Positions 10,580 to 20,407 of a stretch of 64,000 nt of DNA are shown here, piece by piece; within the stretch, counting starts at the first letter, position 1; each line of letters begins with the position of its first letter. The DNA is taken from positions 3,104,001 through 3,168,000 of the forward strand of contig OY968796.1 of the NCBI GenBank assembly GCA_963695545.1, written 5' to 3'. The translations under genes were made by a program, and so were the position numbers. Below the pieces are notes generated by a model, which had not been told where the DNA came from, made no database searches, and saw only the letters and a program-made list of their open reading frames with translations. The DNA comes from Terriglobia bacterium (GTDB lineage Bacteria; Acidobacteriota; Terriglobia; Acidiferrales; UBA7541).

Positions 10580-13008
10580 CGCGGAAGCATTTCAGCTTCG
10601 TGTTCACGTTCGCCCTGGCGATTCTGTTCGGAGTGTCGTCGCGGCCGTCGAGCGTCCTCGGCGATGCCGGAGTTTTGCTCCCGAGCGACGAGCAGCAGCC
10701 CGATCCTTCCGTCCTCTCGCTCGAAGAAATGGACGTCACGATCCAAATCGACAACGGCGACGCGCGCGTGTTCATCCGCCAGATATTCGCGAATCACACC
10801 GCGTCGATTCAAGAGGGCACCTACATCTTCGCGCTGCCGAGCCGTGCCACCGTCTCCGATTTCGCCGTGTGGGACGGACCGACGCGCATTCCTGCCGTGA
10901 TCCTCGAACGCAAGCGCGCTCAGGAAATCTACAACGCGCTGAAGGCGCAGGCGATCGACCCCGGCTTGCTTGAGGCGGGCGAAAGCGACAACGCCGAAGC
11001 GACACGCACGAACGTGTTCAACGCCAAAATAACTCCGATTCCCGCGTACGGCACGAAGCGCCTTGAGATCGAATATCACGAAAGTATTCCCGTCGAGAAT
11101 TTGAAATCGTATTTTGTCCTGCCGCTGCATCCCGATGCCTACCACGCGCAAGTGGCCGAGCATTTGACGATTCATTTCGAGCTCGATTCGGCCCATCCCA
11201 TTCTCAATTTTCGATTTGGCGGAAAAACCTACCCGCTCGCGCAGCAGGAAAGCGACGCTCACGGTGTGAAAGGCACGTTCGAGGGGCAGCATGTCCTGCT
11301 GGGCGAGGATTTTTCGATCACCTACCAGCTCGATCCCGCGGGAACGGACAAAGCCCGCGTGCTCACCTACCGCCAGCCCGAATCCGGCCAGCCCAATCCC
11401 ACAGAAATGTCGCCGGAACGAAACGTGCGCGAGCCCGGATTCTTCGAGACCGAAGCGCTTCTCGGATTTGGCAACAGCGCTGTCCCGTCGACCGTTACCG
11501 TCGCCGCGCCCGGCGCGAGCGCAACCGCAGCGCCGCCGAAAACGGTCGTCCTGCTATTCGACACTTCGCTCTCGATGCAGTGGGACAAACTCGAACGCAG
11601 TTATATGGCGCTCGAGCGTATTCTCCATTCGCTCAAGCCCGCCGACAAATTCAATCTCTTGCTCTTCAACACCGAGCTATCGCCGTTCCAGCCGTCGCCG
11701 GTCGCCGCCGATCCCGCCACCATCGAAAAGGCGATCGATTTTGTGCGCGCGAGCCGCCTGCGCGGCGGAACCGATTTGCAGCAAGCTCTTCGGCAAGCGC
11801 TGGCGCAGTGCGCGTCGAACGATTCGCCAGATCCGTACGTGGTACTCCTAAGCGATGGCGGCGCCACAAGCGGCATCGTTCAGAACGGCAAACTTGCTGC
11901 CTGGTACGCAACCGAATGGAAGAAGCTGCCGCCCGCCGAGCGCCCCCGCACATATATTTTCGCCGTCGGAGACGACGCGAATCTTCCGTTGCTCAAGATG
12001 CTCGCGCGCAATGACGGTGTTCTCGAATCCGTGCTTTCCACCGAGCCGGCGGATTTTAAGCTCGATTCCTTTCTCTCGAAAATCGGCCGAAGCCCCGTGG
12101 CCGAACTTGGCATGAACGTAGCTCCGCGAGGCGCGGTGGACCTTGTCTACCCACTGCAGGACAGCGCCTTTGCCGGCTCCGTCGCGTCCTGGGTAGGCGA
12201 ATATCACGAAGCCGCGCGCGGCGTCGCGTTCGATGTGTCCGGTGTGCGCGAAGGCCAGCCATTCGACTTTCGCGAAACCGCCGACTTGCCCGAAAAATCG
12301 CTCGATCATCCGCAGCTGCCGCGGCTCTGGGCCCGCGCGCGCGTCGATGCGTTGCTCGAAAAAATCGAGCGCGACGGCGAGGACCAAGCCACCATCGACG
12401 AAATCGTTCAGCTTTCGCGCAAATATAAACTTGTAACGCCTTACACGTCGTTCCTCGCCGTTCCGCGCGCGCTGCTTCGGCCGCGCGTGATTCGGCCGGG
12501 CGATCCGGTGCTGCGCGTGCGCACCGATGAATCCATCGTCTCGGTCGTCGCGCTATTTCCGTTCGGGCTTGTACAGGAACTGCGCTACTTGCCTCAAGAC
12601 GATATATGGCAGACGCGCTTCCTCGCGCCCGCCGATATGCGCGACGGCACGTACGACGTGCGCCTGATTCTCCGCGACAAACTTGGCCACACATATCGCG
12701 AATCGAAAAGTTTCGTCATCGCCAGCACGCCTCCCACGGTACAAATTCGCCTGGACCGCACGCGATTCCATCGCGGCGAAACCGTGGCGTTGCGCGTGAA
12801 CGCTTCCGAAAGCACACGCACTCTTGTCGCGCGCATGGAAGGCGCCGATTCCACTTTCCTCCACTGGGATTCGCACGCCGGCGCGAACACCGGTCAGATC
12901 GTCGTGCCACCCGACTTGCCCGTAGGAACGTACCCGCTCACCGTCACCGCCGAGGACATCGCGCACAACACCGGCTCGCAAGAGGTGCAAATTGAAATCC
13001 TCCCGTAA
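10576..13008 (+). CDS. Exported VIT + vWA domain protein with C-terminal Ig-like domains
   Basis: Signal peptide; VIT-like start (EGTYIFALP, DFAVWD, DPGLLE); MIDAS DTSLS, GGT, LLSDG; LVTPYTSFL motif; ATGA overlap with upstream gene. Confidence 0.88.
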   Translation: MTRKHFSFVFTFALAILFGVSSRPSSVLGDAGVLLPSDEQQPDPSVLSLEEMDVTIQIDNGDARVFIRQIFANHTASIQEGTYIFALPSRATVSDFAVWDGPTRIPAVILERKRAQEIYNALKAQAIDPGLLEAGESDNAEATRTNVFNAKITPIPAYGTKRLEIEYHESIPVENLKSYFVLPLHPDAYHAQVAEHLTIHFELDSAHPILNFRFGGKTYPLAQQESDAHGVKGTFEGQHVLLGEDFSITYQLDPAGTDKARVLTYRQPESGQPNPTEMSPERNVREPGFFETEALLGFGNSAVPSTVTVAAPGASATAAPPKTVVLLFDTSLSMQWDKLERSYMALERILHSLKPADKFNLLLFNTELSPFQPSPVAADPATIEKAIDFVRASRLRGGTDLQQALRQALAQCASNDSPDPYVVLLSDGGATSGIVQNGKLAAWYATEWKKLPPAERPRTYIFAVGDDANLPLLKMLARNDGVLESVLSTEPADFKLDSFLSKIGRSPVAELGMNVAPRGAVDLVYPLQDSAFAGSVASWVGEYHEAARGVAFDVSGVREGQPFDFRETADLPEKSLDHPQLPRLWARARVDALLEKIERDGEDQATIDEIVQLSRKYKLVTPYTSFLAVPRALLRPRVIRPGDPVLRVRTDESIVSVVALFPFGLVQELRYLPQDDIWQTRFLAPADMRDGTYDVRLILRDKLGHTYRESKSFVIASTPPTVQIRLDRTRFHRGETVALRVNASESTRTLVARMEGADSTFLHWDSHAGANTGQIVVPPDLPVGTYPLTVTAEDIAHNTGSQEVQIEILP

Positions 13009-16000
13009 GCCAGCGACGAAAACCCTGCTCGTCTGTGCGGCCGGAATCGCGGCTGTGATCGCTGCGATAGGCACGGCGGCGCGCGGCGAAATTCCCGAGT
13101 GGTTGCAGAATATCGAGTCCGGAACGCCGATTGAAAACGCGCTGTTCCGCTGGATGGAGTTGCCAGGCGGGAAAGTTCCGGCGCTCCGTCCGCCGGCCGA
13201 AGCGCGGCCGCTGCTCGCTGATTTGCTTCACGCGCAGCCCAGCAACGCGGAACTCTATTCTCTGCGCGCCATGGAAGAAGAACAGCAGCTCGATTTTGAT
13301 TCCGCCGAAAAAGATTGGAAATCCTACGCGCAATCCGCCGCCGATCGCACCTCCGCGCAATTGGCGCTCGCCGATTTTTACGCTCGCCGCGCGCGCCCTG
13401 CCGACGAGGTCGCGGCGCTCGCGGCTGTCGCGCAATCGCCGTCGGCTGGATCCGGAAATCTCCTCGCGCCGCAGCAACAACAATCCTGGCTCGCATTCAC
13501 CCGGATTTTCACCGTCATCGCGGCGAATGCGCTTCCTCGGGAAATGTCCGACACCGAATATCAATCCTGGATCACACGTTATCCGCGCGAGACTTCGCTC
13601 TACGCAAAATATTTCGAGTTTCTACTCGATCAGAAAGAATATGGCCGCGCCGCCGCCTTGATCCCGGCATACACCAAGGCCTTTCCAGACGACGCCGTGT
13701 TTCCCGTGAAGGCCCGCGCGCTTCTCGACTACCGGCAGGGAAACGTCGAGCAGGGCCTCGAGGTCTACGATCGCGCCTTCCAGCCGCTCTGGCCCGACGA
13801 ATTGATTCAGGACTACTTCGGCCTTCTCGGCGAAACGCACAGCCTGCGGAAATTCCTCGATGCGTCGCGCGCCGCACACGAAGCCAATCCCGACGATCTC
13901 GATCCGGTCGCGAGGCTCTTTTATTACTACAAACAAGAAGGCAAGCCGGACGCCGCCGAAGAAGTGATCGACGACTTCCGCGCGCACAAGGAGAGCGCCA
14001 GCATTCCGTGGACCGCAGACGAACTCTACACGCTCGCGCGCCTGCTTGAAACCATTCAGGCCTATCCGGAGGCGGGCCGCTACTATCTCGCGCTTTACAA
14101 CGTCCCCGGTGCCTCCGAAAACGAAAATCGCCAGCGATCGCTCGTCGGACTCATCCACATCCTGCTCGCCTGTCCCGATCAACCCCTGCACCTCGGCGCA
14201 GCGGATCTTTCGATGTACAAGGACATCGGCACTGCCGATCCCGGTCCCGGCTTTCTGAACGGCATTCTTTCGCTGCTTTTCAATTCCGAAGATCCGCAAT
14301 CAAGTTTCGCGGAAGAGGAGCAGCGCGGCATTCCATATTTTCACCGCGCGGAGGCGGCCAAGCTTCTGGCGCTTCTCGATGAACAATGTCCCAACGCGCC
14401 CGAACGCGCCGCGCTTCATGCGCAGTTGATCGAAGCCTACGTCGATTACGGCGAAAGCGATGCCGTGATCGCAGGCGGCAAGAAGTTCCTGGCGGACTTT
14501 CCCGATGCGCCGGAAAGAACGCACGTCTCGCTGCTGATGGCGGACGCCTACGCTCGCCTCGGCCAGCCCGACGATGAATTTGCCATCTACGACGCCGTAC
14601 TTCGCGAGCTTGCGCAAAACGCGCAGAATATCCCGCTGGGCGCGGACGCGTCCGGCGAGCAGCAGTGGCAACGGCAGCGCCGCCCGGCTTTCGAGCAGGG
14701 AACGTCCGACGATCTGGATTCGAGCGACGACGCAGGCGCCGAAGGAAATCCCAGCGCGCCCGCCGCAGCCCAGGCCTTCTCGATCGACTCGAACGGGACG
14801 TCGCCGACCAACGGCCCGCGCTCAGTTGAATACTCGAGCGTGCTCGAACGTTACCTCGCTCGTCTCGCCGCGCTCAAGCAACTTCCGCGCGCGCTCGAAG
14901 TGCTGCGCCGCGAAGTGGATCGCAATCCGAATGATCCCGGCCTCTACGAGCGTCTCGCGCAATTCCTGGAGCAAAACCGACTGGACCAGCAGCAGGAAGA
15001 AGTCTACCAGCGCGCCATTCAGCAATTTCCCGATCGCTCCTGGTATCACAGGCTCGCGCGGCTTTATTTGCGCCAGGAACGAGCCGACGAATTCGAGCAG
15101 CTCAGCGATCAAGTCGTGAAAATCTTCGCGGGCAGCGATCTCGAATCCTATTTCAGAGACGTCGTAGCGAGCTATGGTTTCGTCGGACCGCAGCTTTACT
15201 TCCGTCTGAATCTCTACGCCAACCAGCGCTTCCCGCACAATCTGACGTTCGTCCACAATCTTCTGAACGCCTATCACACGCGCGGCACGTACGATGAAGT
15301 CGCCTGGGAAAACCTCCTGCGCCAACATTGGTTCGAGGACGATGGCTTGCGCGCCGAGTACTTCGAGTTTCTCTCGCGCACGAATCAGCTCGATGAAGCT
15401 CTGCAAGCTCTGCGCACGGCCAACCCCGATATCGGGGAGGGGAAGTGGCAGCAGGCGGCGCAGTCAAATCCCGCCGCGGTGCGAATGTTTGCCGAAGCGG
15501 AACTCTGGCGATCGCATTTTGAAAACGGAATGCCCGCGCTGGGCGCCCTGGCCGCCGAATTTCCCGCCGACCGCGATCTTGGCGCCGAAGCTTCCGCGGT
15601 CTACCGCTCGCTGGCCTATTTCGATGGACAGAATACCGAAGCCGCCGTGCGCGTCGAACAGAATCTTCTGCAATCGAATCCCAGCGATCGCGACACGCTC
15701 GCGCGCATCGGCGATATTTATGCCGACCGCGATATGTTCTCTGACGCCGCACCCTATTGGAATCGCATGGCGGAAATCGAGCCAGGCCAGGCCGATTCGT
15801 ATCTTTCCGCCGCCACCGTTTTCTGGGACTACTACAAATTCGACGACGCCTTGCGTCTTCTCGATTTGGGCCGCACAAAACTCGGAAATCAAAATCTTTT
15901 CGCCTACCAAGAAGGAGCGATCTACGAAAACGAGCGCGATTATCCGCGCGCCATCGCCGAATACGTGAAGGGCGCTCTCTCCGACGGCGAGAACTCCGAA

Positions 16001-19000
16001 TCCTGGAATCGCCTGATGGACCTCGCGCACCGTCCGAATCTTAAAGACGTTGCCGATCGCGGCACGGTCCAGATTGTCGACGCGCAAAATCCCACTATCG
16101 CCGAGATTCGGCTCCGGGTGAAAATTCTCGAGGTGCAGGATCGCAAGGCGGATATGCGCGCCTTCCTCCTGGACGAAATCGCGCGCACCGATTCTCTCGA
16201 CCTCGCCGAACAGATCGAAACGCTCGCGCAAGAGCAGTCACTCGAAGACGTTCGCCAACGCGCAATCGAACAGCAAGCCAAATTAACCACCGATCCCGTT
16301 CATCGCCTCGAATTGCGTTACGCGCTCGTCCAGTTTTTCGAGAGCAAGAAGGATTTCGCGCCGGCGCAGACGGAAATCGAAGCGCTCTACCAGGAAAATC
16401 CGAAAATCCTGGGAGTCGTCCGCGCGACCGTCGATTTCTACTGGCAGCAGAAAATGCAGCAGCGCGCCATCGACGTCCTTCAGCAGGCGGCCAAGGATTC
16501 CTATCCGGCCCTTCGCGATAAATTCAATTACGAAGCCGCGCGCAAGGCCACCGACTCCGGAAATTACGCTTTGGCGCAGCAGCTCCTGAATCCTCTGTTG
16601 CAACAATCGCCCTATGACGGTGAATTGCTCGCCGCGATGGCGGACACCTACGCGCGCTCCGGCGATAACGCCGGCCTGCGCGATTTCTACCTCGCGAAGA
16701 TCGCGCTGTTTCGCCAGGCGCCTCTCGCATCCGATGATCGCATCGCGCGCATTGCCGAATTGCGGCGCGGCCTGATCCCCGCGCTCACGCAGTTGAAGGA
16801 TTACGCAGGCGCCGCGGATCAGTACATCGAAATCATCAATCAATTTCCCGAGGACGCGGGCCTCTCGACCGAAGCCGCCCTTCACGCCGAAAAATACGGC
16901 GTGCAATCGCGCCTCACCGCGTTCTACGCCAAAACCGTTTCCGATTCGCCGCGCGATTTCCGCTGGCCCATGGTTCTTGCTCGCCTGCAAACGCAGTTTG
17001 AGGATTACCCCGGCGCAATCGCGTCCTACGCGAAATCGATCGCTGTTCGACCCGATCGCGTGGACCTTTACGAAGCGCGCGCGGATTTGCTCGAGCGCTT
17101 GATGCGCTTCGACGAAGCGGCCGCCGATTACGCGAAGCTCTACGATCTTTCCTATCACGATCAGAAGTGGATGATGAAGGTGGCGGAAGTCCGAGCGCGC
17201 CAGGGCAAGCCCGACGAAGTCGTCGATGCCCTGAAGATCGCGCTCGTCGATGGCCGGCCCGCGGACCCGCAGAATTTCTTCGATGTCGCTCAGTCGCTCG
17301 AATCCTGGGGATATCTCTTGCAAGCGAAAGATTTCGCGCAACAAGGTGCGGACGCCGCCGGCAGAGATTTGCTCGCCAATCCCGCCAATCGCGCCGGCGC
17401 GCAACTCTACGTTCGCATTCTCACGCGCCTTCGCGAATACCCGCAGGCATATGCGCGGCTCGAGGACGCGCTAAGCGCCGCGCAATCGCCGGGTATTTCG
17501 TTCACGTCCACGGTGCAGCAAGTTGAAAAACAGGGCTTCGCCGCCGTCACCGATTCGCAGTGGCGCCAGCGCGAGCAGGAATTGCGCTCCGCATCCGGCA
17601 AGCAGGGAATGGATGCGTGCATGAGGGAGATGGGCGCCGCCGCCGCGCAGTACTTCACGCCGGAAGAGACGTCCGCGTTCTCCCAATTCCTTGCGGGGAA
17701 TCAAACCGCCGGCGCGCCGCCCGATTACTTGATCGACGCCGCCGAAGCCGCCCGCCTTTCGGACCTCGAAGCGCGCTGGCGATATGCCGCCGCACAGTTC
17801 GATGCCCCTGGGAATCTATCGCGCTTGATCCAATTGCAATCCGCGCGGCTGAAGTATTCAGAATTGGGCGCTCAGCTCGAGGAAATTGCGGACCGCACCG
17901 GCAATCAGTATTCGCGTTCGTACGCGTTGCGGAGCGCTGCCGACGCTTATCGCTCGGCCGGAGATCCCCAAAGCGAGTTGCGCATCTATTCCGAGGGACT
18001 TTTTCGCGAAAATGAGCAGCGCTACTTCGAGCTGCTCTTCGAGCTCCAGCGCCAACAGATCGTCGACCTGGCCGGCAGCAGCCAGGGCATCTATTACGAT
18101 TCCGCCGCGAATTTCGCCGTGGCCAGCGGCGATGAAAAGCTCGCGAACGCCGCTATTCAAGCCCACGGCGCTTCGTTGCCTCCCGTGTGGACGAAAGCCT
18201 ACACGGGCCTCACTGGTCTTTTCTATTCCGACGGCGCCGCGAATGTGAACGGTTCGTTCCTGGATATTCTGGATGATCGCCCTATCGGGGAGCGCCTCGG
18301 CCAGAAGCTCGATCTCAATCAGCAGCTCGCCGGAGACGTATGGTTCTACTACGGTTCGCGCTACGGCGAGTATCTCGCCGCCACGCATCAAGGAGATCCC
18401 GAAGATTATCTTCCGGCCTCGCTTGAACAATCGCCCGGCAGCGCCGGCGCATATTTCACAATCGCTGAGTATTATTCCGATGCTGGCGATTCCGCGCGCG
18501 CCATCGCGAATTATCAGTATTCGCTCGAGCTCAATCCCGATCAGCCCAGCGTTTATGACCGCATTGCCGTGCTCGACTGGCAGGCCGGCCAGCACGCTCA
18601 AGCCATCGCCGCGTGGAAGCGCGCTCTCGATCTTCTCGAAAAACAGCAAGCCAAAGGTTCCGTCCCGCAAAGTTTCTGGAGCGATTTCGCTTCCATCGCG
18701 CAGCATTTGGGCCAGCGCAAACTCGCCGCCGAGTTTCGCCCAGGCATGGACGCGCTCTTGCGCGAATATGTCGGCCGCAATGGCTTCTATAACCTGATGC
18801 CGCTGCTGCGCGCCGCGTATTCCTCGCTCAACGATCCCGCCGCCGGCGCCGCGTGGCTCTTAGATCTCTCGTCCGCCACGAACACGCAGGGAACGATTCT
18901 CGCGGAGCTTTCCGACGTGGACTGGATTCCGCTGCGGCAGCGAGAGCCCTTCTTTCAGCGCATAATCGAGCTCAAGCAAACCAACGTCGAAAAAAGTGAG

Positions 19001-20407
19001 GGCGAGCAAAAAGAAAGCGCCCAGGACGAATTGCGCAACTCGCTGGTGCGGTGGATCGAATATCTCGTCGATGTGAAACAGTTCCAGCGTGCCAAAGATG
19101 CGCTCGACGCTCTGCCCGAAGACACCACGAAACTCTCCGCCGACGAACTTGCGCCGCTCGATCTGCGTATCGCCGCCGAACTCAACACCCTCGATTCCAT
19201 CCTCGCTGCGTATCAAGTCGATCCAGAACACGCGCCGTCATTCGACGTCCTCAGTGCCGCCGCAACCAGTCTCGAAAACAACCACGAGCAATCGGCCGCG
19301 CGCAAGATTCTCGAATTCGCCTATTCCCGCGAAATCGCGCGTCACAATCTGAGCGCGACGAACTTCCTCGGCCTCGCCGAGATTCGCCTCGATTCCGGAG
19401 ACACGCCGACCGCGCTCGATCTGCTCAATCGCATGGTTCTCGTCGTCGGCCAGCCCTACGAAAATCTTGACGCCGCCGCGGCTCTTCTCGAATCCTCGCA
19501 TCACCCAGCCGAGGCTGCGGCGTTTCTCGCGCAACTCGTCCGCGCCACGCCGTGGGACCCGAACTATCGCCTGCGCCTCTCGCGCGCGCAGATCGCTGCG
19601 AACCTCGACGCGGCCACCGCGCGCGCGAACATCGCCGCGATCGCCGCGTCGCAAGACGTTTCTTACGCCCTCCGCGCCGACGCCGCGACAGCGCTCGCCG
19701 TCAAATCCCCGAACAGCAATCTCGGCAGCGGAGAACTCAATCTTCTCGCCTCCGGCGCGCCAATCGCGGCCAAGCAAGCGAACGCGGCGTATTTCACGCG
19801 CGCTCGTATCCTGGCCGCTTCTGAAATTCGTGAGGACAGCGAGCGCATCGCGCTCTTGCGCGCCGCACTTGAAGACGCCCCGTCTTCTGACGCCGCGCGC
19901 ATTCAACTCCTCCACGCGGCCGCTGCCAGGCGCGAATATCAGCTCGGCCTTTCCGCTGCTGAGCCGCTACTGAATTCGTTGCAATTTTCCGCCGGTGCGG
20001 CTCAAGCAGACGACGCGCCCGTAGATCAGCCGAACGACGCGCCGGAAGCCTCAGCCGCAACTGATTCTTCCGCACCCGGCGGCCTCTCGCGCGCCGAGCG
20101 CCTCCGCATCGCCATTGACCTTGCAACCGTCACGGAAAATCTCGATCGCCTCGACGACGCGGCCCGCTACCTCGACGCCGCGCAACAACTCGAACGCGAT
20201 CCTGCGCGCCGCGCCGAAATTCGCGAGCACCTGGCGCGCGTGCGCGCCGAAATCGATCGCCGCGCGGCGAACGCCGCCCGCCAGCCGCAAATTCATCGCG
20301 AACTCGAGCAGGACCGCCTCGTGCGCCCTCGGCTGATTGCCGCGTCCGCCGAACCGGCCGCCGCGCCCGAAAATTCGCAACCGCCCGCCGGAGGGAGCAG
20401 GCCATGA
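12992..20407 (+). CDS. Giant (2471 aa) TPR-like alpha-helical repeat protein, predicted exported
   Basis: Uninterrupted 7.4-kb ORF; N-terminal signal-like helix; many TPR-like segments (e.g. YQRAIQQFPD, YAKSIAVRPDR, YQYSLELNPDQP). Confidence 0.85.
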   Translation: MKSSRKPATKTLLVCAAGIAAVIAAIGTAARGEIPEWLQNIESGTPIENALFRWMELPGGKVPALRPPAEARPLLADLLHAQPSNAELYSLRAMEEEQQLDFDSAEKDWKSYAQSAADRTSAQLALADFYARRARPADEVAALAAVAQSPSAGSGNLLAPQQQQSWLAFTRIFTVIAANALPREMSDTEYQSWITRYPRETSLYAKYFEFLLDQKEYGRAAALIPAYTKAFPDDAVFPVKARALLDYRQGNVEQGLEVYDRAFQPLWPDELIQDYFGLLGETHSLRKFLDASRAAHEANPDDLDPVARLFYYYKQEGKPDAAEEVIDDFRAHKESASIPWTADELYTLARLLETIQAYPEAGRYYLALYNVPGASENENRQRSLVGLIHILLACPDQPLHLGAADLSMYKDIGTADPGPGFLNGILSLLFNSEDPQSSFAEEEQRGIPYFHRAEAAKLLALLDEQCPNAPERAALHAQLIEAYVDYGESDAVIAGGKKFLADFPDAPERTHVSLLMADAYARLGQPDDEFAIYDAVLRELAQNAQNIPLGADASGEQQWQRQRRPAFEQGTSDDLDSSDDAGAEGNPSAPAAAQAFSIDSNGTSPTNGPRSVEYSSVLERYLARLAALKQLPRALEVLRREVDRNPNDPGLYERLAQFLEQNRLDQQQEEVYQRAIQQFPDRSWYHRLARLYLRQERADEFEQLSDQVVKIFAGSDLESYFRDVVASYGFVGPQLYFRLNLYANQRFPHNLTFVHNLLNAYHTRGTYDEVAWENLLRQHWFEDDGLRAEYFEFLSRTNQLDEALQALRTANPDIGEGKWQQAAQSNPAAVRMFAEAELWRSHFENGMPALGALAAEFPADRDLGAEASAVYRSLAYFDGQNTEAAVRVEQNLLQSNPSDRDTLARIGDIYADRDMFSDAAPYWNRMAEIEPGQADSYLSAATVFWDYYKFDDALRLLDLGRTKLGNQNLFAYQEGAIYENERDYPRAIAEYVKGALSDGENSESWNRLMDLAHRPNLKDVADRGTVQIVDAQNPTIAEIRLRVKILEVQDRKADMRAFLLDEIARTDSLDLAEQIETLAQEQSLEDVRQRAIEQQAKLTTDPVHRLELRYALVQFFESKKDFAPAQTEIEALYQENPKILGVVRATVDFYWQQKMQQRAIDVLQQAAKDSYPALRDKFNYEAARKATDSGNYALAQQLLNPLLQQSPYDGELLAAMADTYARSGDNAGLRDFYLAKIALFRQAPLASDDRIARIAELRRGLIPALTQLKDYAGAADQYIEIINQFPEDAGLSTEAALHAEKYGVQSRLTAFYAKTVSDSPRDFRWPMVLARLQTQFEDYPGAIASYAKSIAVRPDRVDLYEARADLLERLMRFDEAAADYAKLYDLSYHDQKWMMKVAEVRARQGKPDEVVDALKIALVDGRPADPQNFFDVAQSLESWGYLLQAKDFAQQGADAAGRDLLANPANRAGAQLYVRILTRLREYPQAYARLEDALSAAQSPGISFTSTVQQVEKQGFAAVTDSQWRQREQELRSASGKQGMDACMREMGAAAAQYFTPEETSAFSQFLAGNQTAGAPPDYLIDAAEAARLSDLEARWRYAAAQFDAPGNLSRLIQLQSARLKYSELGAQLEEIADRTGNQYSRSYALRSAADAYRSAGDPQSELRIYSEGLFRENEQRYFELLFELQRQQIVDLAGSSQGIYYDSAANFAVASGDEKLANAAIQAHGASLPPVWTKAYTGLTGLFYSDGAANVNGSFLDILDDRPIGERLGQKLDLNQQLAGDVWFYYGSRYGEYLAATHQGDPEDYLPASLEQSPGSAGAYFTIAEYYSDAGDSARAIANYQYSLELNPDQPSVYDRIAVLDWQAGQHAQAIAAWKRALDLLEKQQAKGSVPQSFWSDFASIAQHLGQRKLAAEFRPGMDALLREYVGRNGFYNLMPLLRAAYSSLNDPAAGAAWLLDLSSATNTQGTILAELSDVDWIPLRQREPFFQRIIELKQTNVEKSEGEQKESAQDELRNSLVRWIEYLVDVKQFQRAKDALDALPEDTTKLSADELAPLDLRIAAELNTLDSILAAYQVDPEHAPSFDVLSAAATSLENNHEQSAARKILEFAYSREIARHNLSATNFLGLAEIRLDSGDTPTALDLLNRMVLVVGQPYENLDAAAALLESSHHPAEAAAFLAQLVRATPWDPNYRLRLSRAQIAANLDAATARANIAAIAASQDVSYALRADAATALAVKSPNSNLGSGELNLLASGAPIAAKQANAAYFTRARILAASEIREDSERIALLRAALEDAPSSDAARIQLLHAAAARREYQLGLSAAEPLLNSLQFSAGAAQADDAPVDQPNDAPEASAATDSSAPGGLSRAERLRIAIDLATVTENLDRLDDAARYLDAAQQLERDPARRAEIREHLARVRAEIDRRAANAARQPQIHRELEQDRLVRPRLIAASAEPAAAPENSQPPAGGSRP